Of a DNA stretch of 64,000 bases, positions 1 to 12,354 are shown in pieces. Numbering within the stretch: the first letter of the stretch is position 1; each line of letters begins with the position of its first letter. Source of the DNA: Octopus sinensis (Eukaryota). The position numbers and the translations under genes are program-made. The DNA lies in assembly GCF_006345805.1 (NCBI RefSeq), contig NC_043003.1, forward strand, positions 12,896,001 through 12,960,000, given 5' to 3'. Under the pieces are notes generated by a model, which saw nothing but the letters and a program-made list of their open reading frames with translations, did not search any database and was not told where the DNA came from.

Positions 1-122
1 TGCTGTAGCCCATCTTTTATACCAATACAAAACAATGTACATGATAACACTTCCAATCAATTAAGATCAGAAGCCATGAGAGCCACTGCCTGGTACTGCA
101 TCAGGGCATTTATTATTATTAT
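1..122 (+). mobile_element. 3' end of an interspersed repeat with an (ATT)n tail
   Basis: Nearly identical to 16069-16230 (ccatcttttatacc...ggtactgcatcagggcatt followed by (att)n). Confidence 0.75.
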
Positions 123-151
123 TATTAATTATGAATATTATTGCTTTTGTT

Positions 152-592
152 TAAGGCAGTGATTTGGCAGAATTGTTACTGCACTGGAAAAACAGCTTAG
201 TGGCATTTCTTCTGAATTCACGTTCTGAGTTCAAATGCCTCTGTGTTTGGCTTTACCATTTGTGTGTGTGTGGGGGGTCAATGAAATATGTACCAGTTGA
301 ATACTGGGGGGGGGGTGTAATCAATTTGCTCCCTCCTCTGAAATTGCATGTTTTGTCTCAAAATTTGAAACTAAAAGCAGCAAGCTACCAGAATCATTGG
401 CATGTTGGGCACAGTGCTTAGCAGCTTTTTGTCTGTCTTCACAATCTGAGTTCAAACCTTGCTGAGGTCGATTTTGCTTTTCATCCTTTTGGGTGGGGTC
501 GATGAAATTAGTACCAGTTGAACAATGGAGCCCAATGTAATCAACTTTCTCCCTCCCCTGAAATTGCTGGCCTTGTGCCAAAATTTTAAACA
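152..592 (+). mobile_element. Two tandem Deu/Nin-domain tRNA-derived SINEs (family A)
   Basis: Head gagctggcagaa..., gagttcaaa B-box-like motif and gcctttcatcc...gtcgataaaataagtaccag domain. Further copies near 1260, 2357, 8820, 10350(-), 16208, 18000(-), 18360, 20407, 21559, 29950(-), 38515 and 50135(-). Confidence 0.75.
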
Positions 593-1096
593 AACATTAT
601 TGGTCTTTTTTCTTTTCTTCATAATTGTTTATTCTCATAATCATCATCATCATGATCATTGAGACAAACAAGTGTCAAAGCTTATTTCTTTTCTTGTTGA
701 ATTGTTCTCATCTGAAATATCCTTGTTTATATCTGAAATCTTGATTAGAGAGAGATTAGTTGCAGGTGCTCCAGTATGGCCACTGCTTCTGTGTACGAAC
801 TGGTAAAGCAATAGTTTTTTTATTTTTTATTTAGTGTAATGCAAAGAATTAAAAATCCTTATGGTATTCAGTTAATTCTCTATATGTTCCGAGTTCTGAT
901 TCCTTTGAGGACCTTGCTTTTCATTGTTCCAGGAAGTTAAGATATCAATACCGGTCAGCGACTTGGAGTCAGTTTGATTGATCCTTTTTTTGCTTCTCCA
1001 AAATTCGAGGCCTTACGTTTGTATAAGAAATTATGATCATTATTATATGTTTGTATAAGAAATTATCATTATTATTATTACATGTTTGTATAAGAA

Positions 1097-1139
<43 letters not shown>

Positions 1140-1262
1140 GGCTTCTGTGTTTCTTTTCATATTTTGAAAATCATGCCTAATGTTCCAGTTATTGGTGTTG
1201 TTCTTTTCATCTTCATGCTGCACGTCTTTGAATTCTTCAATTTCAAGGTTCTTGTACTTAGG
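1140..1262 (-). mobile_element. Dong/R4-like LINE fragment (restriction-like endonuclease C-terminus)
   Basis: Minus strand reads KYKNLEIEE, then after a frameshift KTCSMKMKRTTPITGTLGMIFK, resembling the KYKDLEIE...IPVIIGALGMI motif. Its 3' side abuts a (TAA)n run. Confidence 0.55.
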
Positions 1263-1414
1263 CAGAATCATTTAGCATGTTGGGGAAAAATGCTTAACAG
1301 TATTTCTTCTGGCTATGCATTCTGAGTTCAAACTCTGCTGCGGTCAACTGTACCTTTCATCTTTTCTAGGGCAATAAAATACGAAGAGTGCAATACGATT
1401 TCAAGGTTGTGTAA

Positions 1415-2145
1415 CCCTTTCATTACTGTATTTATTTTGAGATGTTCTGTGTTTCTTTCAGTTATTTTAAATATAAAAAAGAATTTAGTAAAATAACTTA
1501 GTTATCATTCAGCTAGTGTTAGGAACATAAATTGTGACTAAGGTTTCGTGGAAGATTTTAATTCAGAACTTATGAAAACAAGGCATTTGTACTACAGAAC
1601 CAGAGATGGTTTCAGCCGGGTCAATATCGAAAAGGTTAAGAATTGTTTCTCTATTGTATATTTTAACCCTTTTGTTACTGTATTTCTGTTGAGATGCTCT
1701 GTGTTTCTTTCAATTACTTTAAATATAACAAAGAATTTAGTAAAATAACTTAGTTATCATTAAGCTTGTGTTAGGAACATAAATTGTGACTAAGGTTTGG
1801 TGGAAGATTTTAATTCAGAACTTATGAAAACAAGACATTTGTACTACAGAACCAGAGGTGGTTTCAGCTGGGTCAGTATTGAAAAGGTTAAGAATTGTTT
1901 CTCTATTGTATATTTTAACCCTTTTGTTACCGTATTTCTGTTGAGATGCTCTGTGTTTCTTTCAATTAATTTTAAATATAACAAAGAATTTAGTAAAATA
2001 ACTCAGTTATCATTAAGCTGGTGTTAGGAGCATAAATTGTGACTAAGGTTTGGTAGAAGATTTTAATTCAGAATTTATGAAAACAAGACATTTGTATTAC
2101 AGAACCAGAGGCGGTTAGTAACCAGCCAGGTTAGTAACGAAAGGG
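1415..2145. mobile_element. Three tandem piggyBac-like TTAA MITEs (1415-1635, 1667-1887, 1919-2145), period 252 bp
   Basis: Termini TTAA|CCCTTT(C/T)GTTAC ... GTAACGAAAGGG|TTAA. Copies are separated by TTAA-23bp-TTAA. Confidence 0.85.
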
Positions 2146-2943
2146 TTAAATGTTAAGTGTCAGCATTGCTTAAATTGTAGCCATCCCTTCTACTAATTTG
2201 TAGTCTTGTTCTAAAATTATTGTTGCTATAACTTAACAGTTGAAGTATGGAGTAGATACAGCCTATTTTTATATTCATTTTCTTTGAGGTTCTCAGGTGT
2301 TTTTGATAGCTATAGTGTTTCTTTTGTTTTATCATAGTTCTGTAATGATTGCCAAGGAAGGCTCCAGGCTGGCCAAATCATTAGCACGTCAAACAAAATG
2401 CTTTACAGCATTTCTTCTGGCCCTTTATGTTATGAGTTCAAATACCACAATAGTTAACTTTGCTTTTCATCCTTTACAGGGTCAATAGAATAAGTACCAG
2501 TGGGGTACTGGTGTTGATGTAACTGCCTTGCTCCTTCTCTCAAAATTGCTGGCCTTGTGCCAAAATTAAGATTATTAGCCCCAAGTCTTAGGATTGAACC
2601 TGTTTTTGCTGTGACCACTCTACGTTTCAGTGTCGTTGCTCCTAGAACATCTTGTATGCAACCCGTAAGTCTATAAATGGTGTTAAAAATTTGTTTTAAT
2701 GTTCATGTTTCCATGCTTGAATGAGTTGAATGGAGTTTCTTGAGACAGACTTTCTACGGTCGGATGCCCTCATCTATTTCCAAGCAAAGTAATATTTTCC
2801 AACGGCCAGACATGTTTTTGCAGACTATTGGAAATCAATGACACTGCTTATATGACAGTGTGGCATCTTTACAACTCCCACATTAGGTCAACACAACGTA
2901 CAAACATACACACACACGCACGTGCACACACACACGCGCACGT

Positions 2944-2994
<51 letters not shown>

Positions 2995-3258
2995 GTTTCT
3001 TTCAGTTTCCATCTAGCAAGTTTATTCACAAAGTTTTGGTTGGTGTGGGGGTTATAAGTAGAAGACAGTTTGCCCAAGGGGTCATGTAGTGGAACTGAAC
3101 CCAAGACTACATGGATGGGAGGCAAGCTTCTTAACCACACAACCATACCTACATGTATGTAGGTAGAGGCTTGGCTGTGTTATCTTTGCAATCATATAGC
3201 TTTAGGTTCAATCCCTCTGCAAAGAACCATGGGCAAATGCCTTCTATTATAGATTTTG

Positions 3259-3297
<39 letters not shown>

Positions 3298-3344
3298 GTA
3301 GATAGATAGATAGATAGATAGATACATGCATTTATATATATATA

Positions 3345-4151
3345 CAGGCATACCTCAGCTTAAGTTGTTCTCGATTATATGTCGATTTTCAAAAATATGG
3401 AAAAATAAAAATCAAATCAAGTCATTTTACTCGACTTTGCATTTGTCTGCCATGAATATTGAAATCAAGAAATTACAAGAAAACCGTTAAAAGCACATAA
3501 AATTATGTTTCTGTACAATAAATTAGAATAAAAGCACATACAATCATGTTAAAATATGTACGGTAAATGTTAAGATACACACCATAAAGTAGTGTAGCTT
3601 AGCGAACAAATTCATGAAATCAGCTGTGCTGTCTTATTTATCAGTCTTTCAGAGCTCATATTGCACTGTAGTTCCAATATCTACCATTAGGCGTCACTGT
3701 CACTTGTGATTGTTTTGAATTCAGATTTATGTACGTCTGTTTATTGGCTACTTTCTTATTCTCATTCATTTGTGATTTAAATATTTGTTCCCCTGGCTCC
3801 TAAGGAAATTCATAGTGAAAGTGCTAAGCGTCGTGCTATAACGCTGGTAGATAAACTGGCTGTGGTAAAACGCCATGAAAATGGTGGAAAACTGGTAGCA
3901 ATTGCACAATCTTTTGGGACAACTATATTGACAACTGTACATAATAAGGACAAGATTTTAGCACTCATGTTTTTTTATTAACCATGTATTATCGAAAGTG
4001 CATTCATAAATAAAGTACAGAACTAGGATTGGTTATTATCAGTTTAGCCTAGAGACAAGTAAATTCGGCCTAGCCTAGCCTAGAGACAAGTTAATTCGAC
4101 TTAAGTCGTGTCTCCTGGAACCAATTAATGATGTAGGGTGAGGTATGCCTG
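3345..4151 (+). mobile_element. Tigger/pogo-like internally deleted DNA transposon
   Basis: TIRs CAGGCATACCTCA / TGAGGTATGCCTG with TA on both sides. 3793-3969 encodes (L)APKEIHSESAKRRAITLVDKLAVVKRHENGGKLVAIAQSFG, a CENP-B/psq-type N-terminal HTH. Confidence 0.85.
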
Positions 4152-4159
4152 TATGTATG

Positions 4160-4522
4160 TGTGTGTATATATTGGCCGATGCCAGCGCTGCCTCGACTGG
4201 CTTCCGTGTTGGTGGCACGTAAAAAGCACCATCCGAATCGTGGCCGAAGCCAGTGCCGCCTCGACTGGCTCCCGTGCAGGTGGCACGTAAAATGCACCAA
4301 TCCGACCGTGGCCGATGCCAGCCTCGCCTGGCACCAGTGCAGGTGGCACGTAAAAAGCACCCACTACACTCACGGACTGGTTGGCGTTAGGAAGGGCATC
4401 CAGCTGTAGAAACATTGCCAGAAAAGACCGGAGCCTGGTGCAGCCTTCTGGCTTCCAGATCCCCGGTCGAACCGTCCAACCCATGCTAGCATGGAAAATG
4501 GACGTTAAACAATGATGATGAT
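4160..4522 (+). mobile_element. SINE-like family D with an (ATG)n tail
   Basis: ggttggcgttaggaagggcatccagctgtagaaac...catgctagcatggaaaatggacgttaaac+gatgatgat. Further copies near 6600(-), 17555, 20700, 47815(-), 53560, 53745(-), 55530(-), 58470(-) and 62385(-). Confidence 0.75.
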
Positions 4523-5079
4523 ATATAATACTTGGAAGAAGAAGAAAATGACGCGTGCGTTCAATCATATAATAACAATTTAACAAATAAAACATTTGCA
4601 TACATACATACTTACATACATATATGTACATACCTGCATCTATATGTATATCTACATGCATATATGAGTACAGGACACCACAAATAAACGTAGAACACAA
4701 CGAGAAGCGAAAACATAAAATCAAACAAAAAACGGACTTTTTTTAATGACAAAACAGAGTACAAGACAAACAACACAAGGAACATTCCCCTTCTTCAGCT
4801 GCCCCTGTTTCGACTCAATGCGTGTGAAAGAATAGCTGACAATTTGTAACATTGGTATTTAAAAAAATCTTCATTATCTTACAGCTGTTTCAATACCTTT
4901 CCTGAAACTACGCTGTTATATTATTATTATTATTATTAACAATACTCTTGATGTTTGAAACTCTCATGAAGGATATTTTCAAAATAATATATTTTGAGGA
5001 AATTTTTCCCTTCTGTCCTCATGAGCTTAAGTATATAATAGGTGCCCCTTAAGTATAAATGTTGGCTTTTCTCCCGTTG

Positions 5080-5475
5080 GCACTTGTCTCACCATAAATG
5101 AGGAAGTGATATTATCCCTTCACGCCTGGTGTGTATATATACACATTTCTTATACAACCACCTATATATGCATTTTAACCCTGCCAACTATCTTCCATCT
5201 GGCCTCTCTCCACCTGTCTTCTGTTGGGCCACTCCCACCTCTTCCTTACACCTCTATACCTTTTAATGTTTGTTTTTATGCCCACTATGATAGATCATTA
5301 GCCACTACACACATTCTTTTCTTTCCTTGTTTTTTTCTGTGTCCCTTTCTGTAGAAGAGCATAGGCTCGAAACGTAAAAGACTTTTTCTATTCCTGAGCG
5401 TTATACTAATACATCTGTTTGTTTTGTACACCACCTGTCTTCGTCTTTTATATTTTTTCGTAAACTCTCCCTGTA
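5080..5475 (+). mobile_element. Penelope-like element terminal repeat with a minimal hammerhead-like motif at 5345-5380
   Basis: Contains cttt-ctgtaga-a-gagc-atag-gctc-gaaa-cgt-a-aaag, followed by ttcctgagcgttatactaatacatctgtttg. The same block recurs near 36400, 37600(-) and 42750(-). Confidence 0.65.
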
Positions 5476-6399
5476 TATAGAAGCAGTTTTAACACGAAAC
5501 TGAATGATTATTCCACACTTTTAGTTGAGTACGTGTTTTTTAAGCTTCTACAAGGAAAAGGTTGACTGTGCTTTCAGTGTTTTAGCTTGCTTACCTTCGT
5601 CAGACAGTTTGACAAAGGCAAGCAAGCAAATCGAAGCACCTTTATATATCTTTACATACATGTATTTATATATGTATATTTACAACTGTATGTGTGTGTG
5701 TGTTTGTATCTATACATATGCTTCTTATTAGCACAAAGCCAAGCTGTATCTAATATAGATTAATCATTCTTTCGACCAAATTGCTGCCTACTTTAATACA
5801 CGGTTTTTCTGTGTGGCCTTTTCCCCCCCTATGCTTTCTTCACATTTGAGCAACCTCTCTTAATAACATTTCCATTCCTTTTACTTTGTGACATTGTTTA
5901 GGGCAAGTGTGCTTCTGCCTTTCTGTGCTTATTTCTATCTTTGTGTGTCAGTTATCTTCAGTACTCTGGCTTGCAATCTAAAACACTCAATGCCTCAGAT
6001 CCTCAGGTTACAGAACTTGTACAAAACTTTAAACACTTTCTACTTAGCTATTTACTGAGTATATTTGATATATATCTTCTTTTCTAGTTTTTTTTTTATT
6101 ACTTTCTGGTTTTGTATGTGTTTGTTGTTTTTGTCTATTATCAACTCAGTATGGTCTTTGGAATTATTTCCATTCCTTTATATACAAGATGGTTTGCAGG
6201 AGGGCTAAAATTCAAACATATGGCCATTTTGTAGTCTCGGTATTTCTCTTGTCCCACACACAAGGCGGGTTGTTCTAAGGAAAAGAAGAAGATTCTGATA
6301 CAGTATTCATCTGTAAAATACTTCATCCCAATAATCATCCCAGGGGTGAAATTCGAGGGAAAATTGCTACTCACTTTCTTGATACGGCTGGGGTCATCC

Positions 6400-6602
6400 C
6401 ATGTTAGTGGTCCCAGAGGCATCATCATGTGTAGAGCCAACCGGGCCTGCCAGTGCTCTCCATCCACTGGCGTTTTCATGCCAGCCCCTCTGCATCTTCC
6501 AAAATGATGTTGAACCTCTGGAAAGCTTCCTTAATCACATCCAGGCATCTGGTTGCGGGACCTGTCATGGGACCTCTTCCAGCCTACAACTGCTGCATCG
6601 AA
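6400..6602 (-). mobile_element. RTE-clade LINE ORF C-terminal relic
   Basis: Frameshifted GWKRSHDRSR / CLDVIKEAFQRFNIILEDAEGLA resembles the RTE G.R.RGRP..RWLD.IK.D C-terminus. Confidence 0.55.
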
Positions 6603-7590
6603 CATCATCATCATTTAACGTCCGTTTTCCACGCTAGCATGGGTTGGGCGGTTTTGACTGAGGTCTGGAAGCCATGGAGGCTGCTCCAGGCTGTAGTCTG
6701 ATTTGGCAGTGTTTCTACAGCTGGATGCCCTTCCTAACACTAACCACTCCGTGAAGAATTGAAAAAAAAGAATGTGTTTGAGCAAATTGTTGCATTTATT
6801 CTCTCCACTATACAAATAAATATTTAGAATTTACAGTAAATTATATAGATACCGTCATTGTTTAATGTCCACATTTCTATGCATGCTTGGGTAGACAGAA
6901 TTTGTCGAAGCAGATTTTCTTTGGCTAGATGCCCTTCCTGTTGGCAGCCTTCATCTGTTACCAAGCAAGGTGATATTTTCCCATGGCTAGACATGTCCTT
7001 CATGGAAGACTGGGAACGAACAACTCACTTGTAAGATGATGCTTGTTTACAACCATTGCACAATGTCTGGACAAGGGCTCACACAACACAAGGCATTCAC
7101 TTATACACACACACACATCTATATATATATACACACACACACATATATCAAACAATGAGAATGAGTGCTCAGCATTGCATTGGTGGATAAAATTTCTTTA
7201 TTTGTTTATTAAGGCTACCATTGGTTTCATGTAAATACCTAAACAGTTTTCAAGATGATCACAGACAGATGCATACATGCATGCACACACACACACACAC
7301 ACACACAGACACACACACACACACAGACACACACATATAATCATACTGCACCAAAGGGATTTATGACTTGCTGGACACCCTAGAATATACCAACAACACA
7401 CAATTCAACGTAATGCGTGCTTTGGACCAGCCCCTAGGCACTAAATAGTCATAGGGTTGGTTTTCTCCGGGTGCACACAACCGGAATATCCTATTTGATA
7501 CTTATCAACCATAGGCTGGAACCACAGGTTTATCCAACTCTACCTGGTGCATATCATTTCAAGTACCTGATTATACCTGAATCCTTATTC

Positions 7591-7640
<50 letters not shown>

Positions 7641-7816
7641 TGGCTTCTTTCAATTTCTGTCTATCATAAGGATTTGAGATTCGGTTAACCTTGAGCAATA
7701 CAAGAAGTTTGCCCAAGGTGCCATGCAGTGGGACTGAACCAAGGACAAATGATTGTGAAGCAAGTTTCTTAACCACACTTCCAAACCTGCACTTATACAT
7801 ACATACACATATACAT

Positions 7817-7849
<33 letters not shown>

Positions 7850-10702
7850 CCAGCAATACTGTCACTAGCATAAATTTATTTGAATTCTATACCTTGTTAT
7901 ATACATATATATCTGTCTGTCTGGTTGTTTCTTTCTATTTATCAAACTACCAACCTTTTTATCAGTCTCTCTCTCCCTCCACCTGTCCGCCCACCCATCT
8001 GCCCACCCACCCATCCATCCGTCCGTCCGCCCGCCCACCTTGTGGCCTCCTAACTCAAACAAAGAATGACTATAATATATTTTTTATATAAGAAAAATTG
8101 TACACTAATAACCAAACACTTACAACGATACACATCTACATTGACAAGTTCCCCTTCAATTAATCGTTTGATACTGAAGAAATTAAAAGTGTTTACCAAA
8201 TTCCTTACCTAATTCAATTGTATTGGCTTCTTAACCTGCAATTTTCTTATCGAACTGCATCACTTCTAATTATGCTGCTGTTTAACTAAATCATTAACAT
8301 CATTGCAGATTGTTCTTTTTTTAGTGGCATAGAGTAGAGTTGCTTAAGTTAATTTCCAAACAGCCATTCACTTCGTTATTCCTTACACTAAATTAGTCGT
8401 ATCATTGCTTAAAAATTTAATAAGAAAAAACAATTTGCATTCGACTGATGTTTGCTTCATTTTTACTTACCCTTTTCTTATTTGTATTCTTTAATTTTTC
8501 TTTTTTTTTTATTCTTATTTTATTTTTCATTGCTGATTTTATTCAAAGCTTCTTTTGACATCTAAAAACAAAAACCCCAAACTAAAAACTTTTTCTTCTT
8601 TTTATTATGATTATTAATACTTTTTATTGTTTTCCTTTTTGCTTTTGAAGCTAAAACTAAACTAAACTAAACAAAACAAATACACCATAAAAATTATTCC
8701 ATTTAGTTTGTTAAATGGCAAAAAAGAACAAAACATTGTCGCTTGCTTTGATGAGACTAATTTCATATTAAAAATTTTAAAAAAATAAATAAAATGGATA
8801 ATTTGTTTAAAAGCATTTTTTTTTCTGAGCTCAAATTTTTGCTGAGGTCGACTTTGCCTTTCGTCCTTTCAGGATCAATAAAATAAGTTGATGTAATCAG
8901 CTGGGGTTGATGTAATCAACTGAATTCCCTCCCCTTAAAATTTGCTGGCCTTGTGCCAAAATTAGAATTATTTACTATAGGAAGTGGCTGTTGGATTTTA
9001 TTTCTTGGAGTGAAGTACTAAATATTGTCTCATTTACTTAGTTGGAAAGTCGTTCGGTAGAAGGCATTTTAAAATGCAAAGCTCAAAAGATACGCCACTG
9101 ATCTGTGCTTACTTGTAGCAATCAATGTTTTTGCTTGAACTTTCACCAGTGTAGGGTTCAATAAAGGAAATCTACAAGAATCCAGCAATATTTAGAGCCA
9201 ATGAAGTTTTGTTCTGTTTGATGATTGTTCTATAATGGTAGCTTTGCTACTGTGACATTGAAGTTTTATTTGTGTTCTGATGAAGGAATTTTCAGTGAGT
9301 TGCGTTTGATCTGTTCTTAGACTTTTCCCTCTACAAAACATTTTCATAATCATGTTCTAAACGACCAAGCTTCTTTACAGACTTTTTGATAGCTCTTTTG
9401 TTTTGATACATTCTGAATAATATTCTTTTATTCCTTTCAGACGTTTGACTGTGGCCATGCTGGAGCACCGCCTTTAGTTGAACAAATCGATCCTAGGACT
9501 TATTCTTTGTAAGCCTAGCATTTATTCTATCGGTCTCTTTTGCCGAACCATTAATTTATGGGGACGTAAACACACCAACATCGGTTGTCAAGCGATGATG
9601 GTGGGGGACAAACACAGACATACGAACATATATATATATACATATATATGCACATATATATATCACTGTGACCGACCAGATGTTGCTACACATCGCTGGT
9701 CACAATGCGCTTCGCATTGTTTTAGCCTTCAAATGACACCACCCCACTGGCTAAGCGAGCAGGCCAACAGAAGAAAGAGTGAGAGAAAGTTGTGGTGAAA
9801 GAGTACAGCAGGGATTGCCACCACCCCCTGCCGGAGCCTCGTGGAGCTTTAGGTGTTTTCACTCAATAAACACTCACAACATCCTAACCATTGAGCCTCC
9901 ACCAATATATATATATATACGATGGGCTTCTCTCAGTTTCCGTCTACCAAATCCACTCACACGGCTTTGGTTGGCCCAAGGCTATAGTAGAAGATACTTG
10001 CCTACGGTGTCACATAGTGGGAATGAACCTGGAACCATGTGGTTGGGAAGGAAGCTACTTACCACACAGCCACTTCCTTTCACAAATTCCAAGTTATTCT
10101 CGTGGTTGAAAAAAAAAAATGGCAATGTGTATAGACGCCATTCCCTAAAATAGGAATGATGTATAAAGGCCAGGCAAATATGTCCTGTGTATCACACAGC
10201 GATGTTCACAAGAGCGACTAATGCTAAAAATTGTAGCAGAGTTCAATAATTTTCTGTTGGTTCCATTTGATTCCTATACCATTTTGTTCTTTTCTTTGCT
10301 TCATTTCTTTCTGTCTTCTATCTCTAGTTCTCTTGGTTTCGTTATATAACATACCTGGTGCTGTAACCTGGCCAACTCGTTAGGACATTGGACAGAATGC
10401 TTTGTGTCATTTCTTCTGACTTGAATTTCATTTCTGCTTAGGTGGACTCTGCCTTTTATCCTATCAGGGTTGATGAAATAAGTACCAGTCAGACACTGGG
10501 GTTTATGTAATTGACTTTCCCTTCCACCTGAAATTGCTGGCATTGTGTCGAAAGTAAAGAGGATTATTTGGTATTCTTTCTCAGTTTTATTGATTTTGTT
10601 TCTTTTGTCTTTCTCATGTGTTGCCATACATTATGATGATAAAAGCAAAACAAAAATAATTGTTTCAAGGAGTGTAATTCCAACATGCATGGTAAAGAGG
10701 TA

Positions 10703-10862
10703 CCATATTTGATGGCATAAAGAATCGTGAGCATATTAGGTGCATATTAAAAAACAAAAGTGCATTGAAGCATATGGGCTGCCCAACTTCACATAGCATG
10801 TTTTTTTTTGTTTGAGATGTGTTTTTGAGATAAATGCATGCCTTACATGCCATCAAATATGG
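10703..10862. mobile_element. Small Tc1/mariner (Tc2-like) MITE
   Basis: Inverted 17-mer accatatttgatggcat / atgccatcaaatatggt. Left TA present, right TA mutated. Confidence 0.55.
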
Positions 10863-11034
10863 TTTATTGTATTTGGATTAAGTACTTTTTGTTATCTGTT
10901 TATGTTCCAAGTTCAATTCTCACTATGGTTGATTGTATTTTTCTGAAATCTATCATATTCTGAAGTTTATAGATCTTTACTTATCATTTTTGTTGATTTG
11001 CCTTGTGCCCAGTTCTAAGTAAATTTCTAGTTAA

Positions 11035-11503
11035 CCCTTTCGTTACCGTATTTCTGTTGAGATGCTCTGTGTTGCTTTCAGTTACTTTAAATATAACCAA
11101 GAATTTAGTAAAATAACTCAGTTATCATTAAGCTATTATAGGAACATAAATTGTGACTAAGGTTTGGTGGAATATTTTAATTCAAAACTCATGAAATCAA
11201 GACATTTGTACAACAGAGCCAGATTCAGCCGGGTTGGTAATGAAAGGGTTAAGAATTGTTTCTCTATTATATATTTTAACCCTTTTGTTACCATATTTCT
11301 GTTGAGATGCTCTGTGTTTCTTTCAATTAATTTTAAATATAACCAAGAGTTTAGTAAAATAATTTACAGTTATCATTAAGCTAATGTTAGGAACATAAGT
11401 TCTCACTAAGGTTTGGTGGAAGATTTTAATTCAAAACTTATGAAAGCAAGACATTTGTGCTACAGAGCCAGCTCTGGTTTCAGCTGGGTTGGTAACGAAA
11501 GGG
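11035..11503. mobile_element. Two tandem piggyBac-like TTAA MITEs (11035-11248, 11280-11503)
   Basis: Same family and the same 23-bp spacer as 1415-2145. Intact TTAA at all four ends. Confidence 0.85.
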
Positions 11504-11778
11504 TTAATATGCTCAGATTAGTGGATGACAGAATTGGTAGCACACTAAACAAAATGAATATAGTTATGTCTCTTTATGTTCTGAGGTCAATTTTGCGTCT
11601 TGTTTGTTGAGGGTGATCAATAAAATAAGAACTAGCAAAGCACTGTGGTAGACTGAATCCGTTATTTTACTCTCCTTCAAAAATGTGTGGCCTTGTGTCT
11701 GTATGAGAAGCCATTGTTGGTATAGCCTGTTGTTACTGTGTACAGGATAGCAATATAGATATATACAGCTTTCAGATA

Positions 11779-12335
11779 CAGGGTGGACCAAAATGATCTG
11801 ACACATTTGGAGGCTTAATAAAAGCACAAAATAAGAAATAATGAAATGAAAAAAATGTTATTTTCTGAATCTAAATATAATGCCATTTTATTTCATTAAG
11901 TTTTAAAAATTAAATCAGCTAAATGCCTCCCATCACTGTCAGCACACTATTGGAGACGTTCAGGAAAGTTATCGATAACTCTATGGATCATTTCTTCTGG
12001 AATGGTGAAATGTGATTTCTTCTTGTGGGGATATTTAAAATCAAAAGTATTCAGTCATCGCCCTCGATCTATTGATGAATTAAAACGTGCAATTTGTGTA
12101 GAAATAGCAACCATTCCAGAAGAAATGATCCATAGAGTTATCGATAACTTTCCTGAACGTCTCCAATAGTGTGTTGACAAAGATGGGAAGCATTTAGCTG
12201 ATTTAATTTTTAAAACTTAATGAAATAAAATGGCATTATATGTACATTCAGAAAATAACATTTTTCTTTTCATTATTTCTTATTTTGTAATTTTATTAAG
12301 CCTCCAAATGTGTCAGATCATTTTGGTCCATCCTG
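11779..12335. mobile_element. Fold-back MITE derived from the 3' end of a Tc1/mariner (DD37D/maT-like) transposon
   Basis: TA|CAGGGTGGACC...GGTCCATCCTG|TA. Inverted arms 11779-12006 and 12110-12335. 12011-12220 encodes CDFFLWGYLKSKVF...RLQ*CVDKDGKHLADLIFKT*. Confidence 0.9.
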
Positions 12336-12354
12336 TATAAGCCAAATAAAAGGT

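Noticed and set aside
4785-4820. Hammerhead on the minus strand (gaaac...ctgaaga)
   Set aside because: Core half-motifs are present but I could not build consistent helices.
6141-6479. 112-aa minus-strand ORF
   Set aside because: It begins inside the RTE relic in a different frame, and the rest has no recognisable similarity.
9113-9171. Possible minus-strand exon (AG...GTAAGC)
   Set aside because: Weak pyrimidine tract, no recognisable peptide and no partner exons.
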